NCBI RefSeq assembly: GCF_001194135.2
Contig: NC_068987.1
Span: forward strand, 38,517,506-38,560,787
Source: Octopus bimaculoides
Lineage: Eukaryota
DNA: 43,282 bases
Direction: 5' to 3'
Shown here: one piece after another, positions 37,436-43,282 of the stretch
How the letters are laid out: the number at the start of each line of letters is the position of its first letter
Position numbering within the stretch: the first letter of the stretch is position 1
Translations under genes and position numbers: made by a program
The notes under the pieces: model-generated
What the model was told of the DNA's origin: nothing
Databases searched by the model: none
What the model saw: the letters and a program-made list of their open reading frames with translations, nothing else

Positions 37436-38579
37436 TAAAATTCATGAGCCAACTCTTGTAACAAGACATTGATTTCAAATTCTTTAATTCATTCAAATTC
37501 TTATGAATTTTAGATCTTTATCATTTTTAAGGTGTGAAAAAATATTTTGCAATTATTCAGAATTGATAATTTTAATAGTTTTTAGATGTTAGAATCAATC
37601 AATTTCTTTTTGATGTATTAGTCAACTCTTTGTTTTTCTGCACTAGAATGAGCTGGATGGAGAGTTATTTAAAACAGCATTTTATGCCAGATGCATAAGA
37701 TAAATGTTCATCTGCTTTTCAAGTAAAAGAAGTTTTATTCCATGTATTTAAAAGTGCAAGGTGACTAGTCATAATTTCAACAACAAATTTAAACTCATTG
37801 TTCCACTCAAATAGTGAAACAGGCATAAAATTAGGGATTAGTGTCAAGAATTATTGAGAAAGGGAGGGACAGAGGGCAAGATTGATAGAGTAGGTTGTAT
37901 AGTGGGATTAGTGCTATCCTATATTATGAGGGTATGGACAGCAGGTGTGATGGAATGCAGAAATAAACTAGTGTGACAAAGAACCCTGAGAAAATCATTG
38001 AAGAGAAGTGTAGGGAGAAACCTGGGGAAGGGGGAGTACTAAGGTGATGGGAAAGGTGAGCAGTGTAGTGAGTGCAGTGATAACAATAAGTGAGAGACTG
38101 GATGGCACCACAAAGGTAGCAGAAAGGGAAAGAGCAAAGTATGAAAGCATAACATATAGGGAGGCATGTAGACAGAAAAGAGTAAAAGGGGTAGGGGTAA
38201 CAGTGGGTGAACCCAGTGAGAGCAGTGAAAGAATGGCAAGAGGACATCCTAGAGGTATAAAGGCAAGTAGTGAAATAAAAGGCAAGAGTTTTTTAATAGC
38301 AATAAAGCTAACCCAGGAGAGAGTGTGCTGTTTTAGATAAATACAACAGATGAGATATGGCGGGATGGGGTGGCCATGAGCAATGAAGAGATAGCAGTCA
38401 TGTGGGGATGTTGAATGTGTGGATAAAAAGTGATGTAAGTGTGTGGATACAAAGAGGAGATGTAAGGTGAGAAGGCAAGAAAGTGAATTTGACTACTTCT
38501 TAAACACTGCTTTTGTATTAAGTTGTATTTTGTCATTGGTAGACAGGATTTCTGTAGCACTGCATATCACTAGTTAATA

Positions 38580-38975
38580 TGGCTCTTTGTCATTTCCTCC
38601 TTGACATACATCATCTTCAGCTCAGCTTTCACCACATCATCTTAAATCTTTTTTGGTCTTCCTCTTCCACAAGTTTCACTAACTTGGGGTGCTTGGCTCT
38701 TTTGTTTGAGCAGTTATCCCTCCACATGCATCACATACCCATACTAATGTAGCCCACGCAGTTTTTCTCTTAGCTCATTCATCACACCAACATTACACAT
38801 CCATCAAGGCATGTTGGTTTTATGTATTTCTAGTCATCGCAAATCTACTGCATTCAAGGTTCATGTACTACTACCATACAACATCATGCAGTCTACTCAA
38901 GTATCTACAAGCATCATAAATCTCCTCTTCATTCTGAGGGGAATGAATATTGTTGTTAGCACTGGTAATAGCTCC
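38580..38975 (-). mobile_element. Old RTE LINE C-terminal remnant
   Basis: Frameshifted resemblance to the RTE C-terminal region at 11440-11950. Confidence 0.5.
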
Positions 38976-39014
38976 TGGTAAGTACGTGTGAGTGTGCATG
39001 CATATATATATATA

Positions 39015-39202
39015 TCTATATTTATAAAACTGAGAATGTGTGTGTGTCTGTCTGTGTGTAAGTGTGCATTACTAAAACTCGAGAACTACCCAACCGATTT
39101 CATTCAAATTTCACACATGCATTACTTAGGGTTCACAGAGTGTCGTGGATCAAAACATTTTCAACTTCTTGCCAAATGCGAGCCCAAAGCAATCTCTTAC
39201 AC
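39015..39202 (+). mobile_element. Possible Helitron-like 5' fragment, target of the hAT insertion
   Basis: TC start, (TG)n/CTGT repeat, CCAACCGATTTCATTCAAATTT motif. Confidence 0.35.
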
Positions 39203-40232
39203 CAGTGCTTCTCAAACTATCTGATGTGGTGTACCGGAAGTTCTTTTTTTTCCAATGTACCAGAGATTGGTAATATTTCTTAGTACTATCAATTTATACT
39301 GGAAACAATATATATAATGAATATAATAAAAGTTGACAATATTTTTAATCTTATATTTATTTTGTAAACAAATAATAAAATATCACATAAGCATTTTATA
39401 ATCATAATCTTTACTAGTGTCAAAGGTGAGCCTGCTCCTTCTTTGTCAGTTTATCCAGTCATGGTTCAATTGAGGACAGTGCCACATGCAATGGAAAATG
39501 AGTATCCATATCATTTCTGTACTTTGTCTTAATGACACTCGTGGTTCAGAAGCAAGTCTCGCAGAGGTATGTTGAAGGAAATGGGAGAAGAATTTCCAGA
39601 GTAATTTCACCAAGCTCAGGATATTCTGCTTTCACTTTAACCCAATAGGAACCAAGTGATGTGATAGTTTTGAAACTCCTCTTCAATTCTTCGTCACCAG
39701 CCAGCTCCAACAATTTATCCTCCATAATGACACTGAATTTATCTTGCAGTGGAATAAACAGATTTCGGATCCATCCATTCCCTTTCCGTGGATCTTCTTC
39801 TGTGCTCTCTGTTCAGCTTCTTGATGGCAACTGTGGGTGGCCAGCCTATTCACAAGGTTGCCAGATATCACCACTCACTAGAGCTCTACTAACTAAACTC
39901 ATTCCCTTTTGATCTCTCCACATTGCTAGAAACAACTTCCTTTCTACAAGCGCAAACACTAATATAATCTTAATACTACACCAGTAAGTTATGGTAAATA
40001 GAAAATATATTGTCATATCACAAATATTCTATATTTACTTACACAATCTCTAACATGGCCAGTGAGCATCACGCTTCATCGGCCAGCTAGTAAGTTGTTT
40101 AATGTAGTGCATAAGGTGAAATTACTGGAATTATGCTATTGTTACTGTCTTTTCTGGAAACTCACTGCATACTGGCAGCTGATGGCTCACGGACCGGCAC
40201 TGGTCCATGGACCACCAATTTGAGTAGCACTG
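39203..40232 (-). mobile_element. hAT (Buster/Charlie-type) internally deleted element
   Basis: TIRs CAGTGCTTCTCAAA / TTTGAGTAGCACTG; perfect 8-bp TSD TCTTACAC (39195-39202 and 40233-40240); minus-strand LLPFPSTYLCET...IKTKYRN C-terminus. Confidence 0.92.
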
Positions 40233-40364
40233 TCTTACACTGTTTCAGTATTATGTGTCAAAAATGAAACAATAACATCTCTATTGTAATGTGATATAAT
40301 AGTTTCACTTATATTTTGTTTCCCTTTCAATAGTTTCACTGTTAATAGTTTCATTATGTATATA

Positions 40365-42028
40365 CCGTGTTACCCCAAAAATAAGACCTGGTCTTATATT
40401 AATTTTGCATTCAAAAAATGCATTAGTACTTATTTTCAGGGGATGTCTTATATTTTTGCAGAAAAAATCCAAGAAAGACAAAAAAGTCTCAAGTCCTCAT
40501 GTAAAAGAAAACAATTGTAAAAAGGAAACCCATGTTTTCAGTTATCTTATTTGCTTATTGTTTTTAGTCAAGTACAAATATTTCGTCCTCTTCTTGAACA
40601 TCGTCATAAATCATCAAACCTTGAAATTCAGACTAAATTACTTTCAAATCCATTTCCTGTAGAATCATGGACCCCACTCTCTCATGTTTGGCAATATAAC
40701 TTTCCTTAAATGAACATTTTTTTGTCATAGTACCCTGCTCATAGTGCATTGGCAACACAACTGTCGGTAAGTTTATTCCCTGAGCTCTTTACCCAATTCA
40801 TGACTTCTTGGCGGTTGGGTTTCACAAAGTTTCTGCACTGATTTCTCTCCATTCTATGTTCAATATATTCATTCACTTCCATCTGCAAATAATCCTTAAA
40901 TGGCTTGTTTATTATGAGATCGAATGTCTGTAGATACGAAGTCATTCCCACGGGAATCATTAAGTGGTCAATTCTTCTTTCAGAAAGGAAGGTTTTCATA
41001 TCTTTTGTGTGATGAGCACTGGCTGAATCCCAGAGTAAAAGATCTCTTTGAGAACCATGTAAAACAAGTGATATAGTTAAATCAACCCATTTTCTTATAA
41101 CAGCTTGTGTGCACCAAACCTTTTCCATTTTAAAGACATAAATGCCTAAAACTTGTTGTTTTCTCTTTTTTTTTTTTTTTTGCCCTTTGTGATGATAAGC
41201 AGTGGGATTTTTGTTCCATCAAGACAAATTACTAAAATACAAGTAACTCTTGCCTTTTGTAACTCGAGGCAACGTAGATTGATGAGGCACCTGTCTGTTC
41301 AATTGTCATTTTAGATCCTTGGCCCATAAATACTGCAGTCTCATCCATAGCAATTATATTGGAGAGATTGTATTTAGAAAAGTTGATGCCATCAATGAAG
41401 GACTTGAATGCAAGTGCATGTTGAATCACTTCAGCAGCCTCCAGCTTGAACAGTGTTGTCAATCTTAGAGAGAGTTCATATCACTGAAGGGAGTTATCCA
41501 ATCAGTGAAGTGATGCTTTGAATATCTCTGGGGGTATATCGAACTATGGTGCCATTGCAAGAGCAAATTCTTGAATATCTGCTCCGTGTACAGCCAAAGC
41601 CTCTGTTTTTCTGTCAGCAATCCCTTGTGAGGTAATATCTTCCAGCTCCAAAAATAATGGTTGTCAATCTGATCCACACTTGTGCTTCTTAGCACTTCCC
41701 TCATCCACTTGTCTGTTGAGATTATTGTATTCTGCTTGCCATTTTTGAATCATTCGGAGATCCAACATCTCCTTACAGAAAGCCATAAGATTCTTGTTAT
41801 GTGACTCTTCCACAAGTTCTCTCTTCTACTCCATGGAATAACTCTTTCTTTTTGCACTTATTTTGCCTGGGGGACAAAGGAGTCAAGCCAAGTGAGTTAA
41901 CTCCGTGCATGCATGCTTAGCACAGACTTTAGCCAAGCTGCGGTAGTTGGTTTATTTTGCAAACATGACATGGTCTTGCTAACAAGTTGATGTATTTTTG
42001 ACTAGGTCTTATTTTCAGGGTTACACGG
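40365..42028 (-). mobile_element. pogo-like (Tc1/mariner superfamily) DNA transposon
   Basis: ~29-bp TIRs CCGTGTTACCCCAAAAATAAGACCTGGTC / GACTAGGTCTTATTTTCAGGGTTACACGG; TA on both sides. Confidence 0.9.
40735..41865 (-). pseudogene. pogo-like transposase pseudogene (HTH + DDE_1-type domain)
   Basis: KRKSYSME N-terminus, IIAMDETAVF, LLWDSASAH, GMTSYLQTFDLIINKPFKDYL; split over several ORFs. Confidence 0.85.
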
Positions 42029-42077
42029 TATACTTCTTTGCATATATGTTAATTATTTCACTTTTAATAGTTTCACT

Positions 42078-42200
42078 ATGTATAAATGCTCAGGAGCAAT
42101 AAACACTGAAAATGTGCAGAGAACAGCTTCTGTCACATTCCAGGGAGAAAAACTACAAGTGGTTGATAGCTTCTGCTACCTAGGGGATCAAGTCAGTAAA
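42078..42200 (+). mobile_element. Short internal RTE RT fragment
   Basis: GEKLQVVDSFCYLGDQVS (YLG motif of the RT thumb region). Confidence 0.7.
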
Positions 42201-42476
42201 AAATCCGGGTTTTTTCTTTTTTACTTTGTGAAAATTTTGCGGGTGTTAATACAGAAATTTACCCACAATTCTTAGTCATCATACACATATGCACCTTACT
42301 TTATCCTGTAGCCAATCCTTAAAATCCCCCCACCTCACACTATCTACCTCTTTTTCTCTTTTTTTACTTTTACCAATTAATAGCCACCTCCACTACCATT
42401 CTGTTATTGAACATTGACATGTTTGTGTCTTTTTCTTGAGATGTCTACTATATCAAGACTTTAACCAACATAGATA

Positions 42477-42811
42477 CATGCAGGATTACACAAAGGGACT
42501 TACGCTCATGGATCCATGCAGGATTACACAAAGGGACTTACGCTCATGGATCCATGCAGGATTACACATAGGGACTTACGCTCATGGATCCATGCAGGAT
42601 TACACATAGGGACTTACGCTCATGGATCCATGCAGGATTACACAAAGGAACTTACGCTCATGGATCCATGCAGGATTACACATAGGGACTTATGCTCATG
42701 GATCCATGCAGGATTACACATAGGGACTTACGCTCATGGATCCATGCAGGATTACACATAGGGACTTACGCTCATGGATCCATGCAGGATTGCACATAAG
42801 GACTCATGCTC
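42477..42811. repeat. 38-bp minisatellite, 8 full copies plus a partial ninth
   Basis: Unit CATGCAGGATTACACATAGGGACTTACGCTCATGGATC, 0-2 substitutions per full copy. Confidence 0.97.
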
Positions 42812-42964
42812 TGGTGTCCATAACTTCAGAAAGTTGAACTATGGAATTTTGTGCTTCTTTTTCTTCTTTCTTTCCATCTTCTTATTCTTTTACTCCCTTC
42901 CTCTATGTTATCATCTTATTAATATATACCATTCTGATTTTCCATGTTTTTTTCCCCCATATCT

Positions 42965-43020
42965 ATCTCTGATGACGGAATTTCCAATACTTGGTGATAT
43001 CTCAGAAAGAGGTGTAAGAT
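42965..43020 (+). ncRNA. Decayed minimal hammerhead motif, probably inactive
   Basis: ATCT-CTGATGA-(poor stem II)-GAAA-GAGGTG-TA-AGAT; stem III is two substitutions from CAGCTG. Confidence 0.45.
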
Positions 43021-43233
43021 TTTGAATTTCTTCCAATGATAATATTGCATATGAATTGAGATGTTTGCTTTCCTTAATGTTTGACGTCTCGTTTAACAAT
43101 TATATATCTGCTGTATCGGAAATCTGCAATGGCTCCATAACTACCACCCCAGCAAAAACCTTGGAGCCTCAGTAATCTGTTACAGCACTTACCTAGTGTA
43201 CCGAATCACCTGTGAACTAAATCCCCATACTTT

Positions 43234-43282
<49 letters not shown>

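Larger units (their letters stand above)
42270..43250 (+). mobile_element. PLE-like 3' region with a minisatellite and a decayed hammerhead
   Basis: Pyrimidine-rich tracts like 5100-5500 and a hammerhead-like motif at 42965-43020. No ORF. Confidence 0.5.

Noticed and set aside
42477-42811. CRISPR-like array
   Set aside because: Units are directly tandem with no unique spacers, there are no cas genes, and the context is eukaryotic.

Overview
AT-rich, microsatellite-dense animal genomic DNA with seven N-gaps. The repeat types look like an octopod cephalopod, recognised by eye with no database search. Most of the window is transposon-derived and no intact protein-coding gene can be supported. 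DNA transposons: two mariners (one nested in an RTE LINE), an internally deleted Academ (TAG...CTA ends, ACT 3-bp TSD, XPG-like nuclease remnant), a Sola2-like element, a Buster/Charlie hAT with a perfect 8-bp TSD, and a pogo-like element. Retroelements: Penelope-like (PLE) remnants, many RTE 3' ends, tRNA-derived SINEs and an R4/Dong-like fragment. The most notable signals are (i) four minimal type I hammerhead ribozyme motifs, one with an intact core, three of them overlapping fold-back inversions, including one in a head-to-head palindromic tRNA-SINE pair; (ii) a ~175-bp copy of flanking DNA inserted into the Sola2 transposase ORF; (iii) several long palindromes. All alignments and translations were done by eye, so boundaries without a TSD are approximate.
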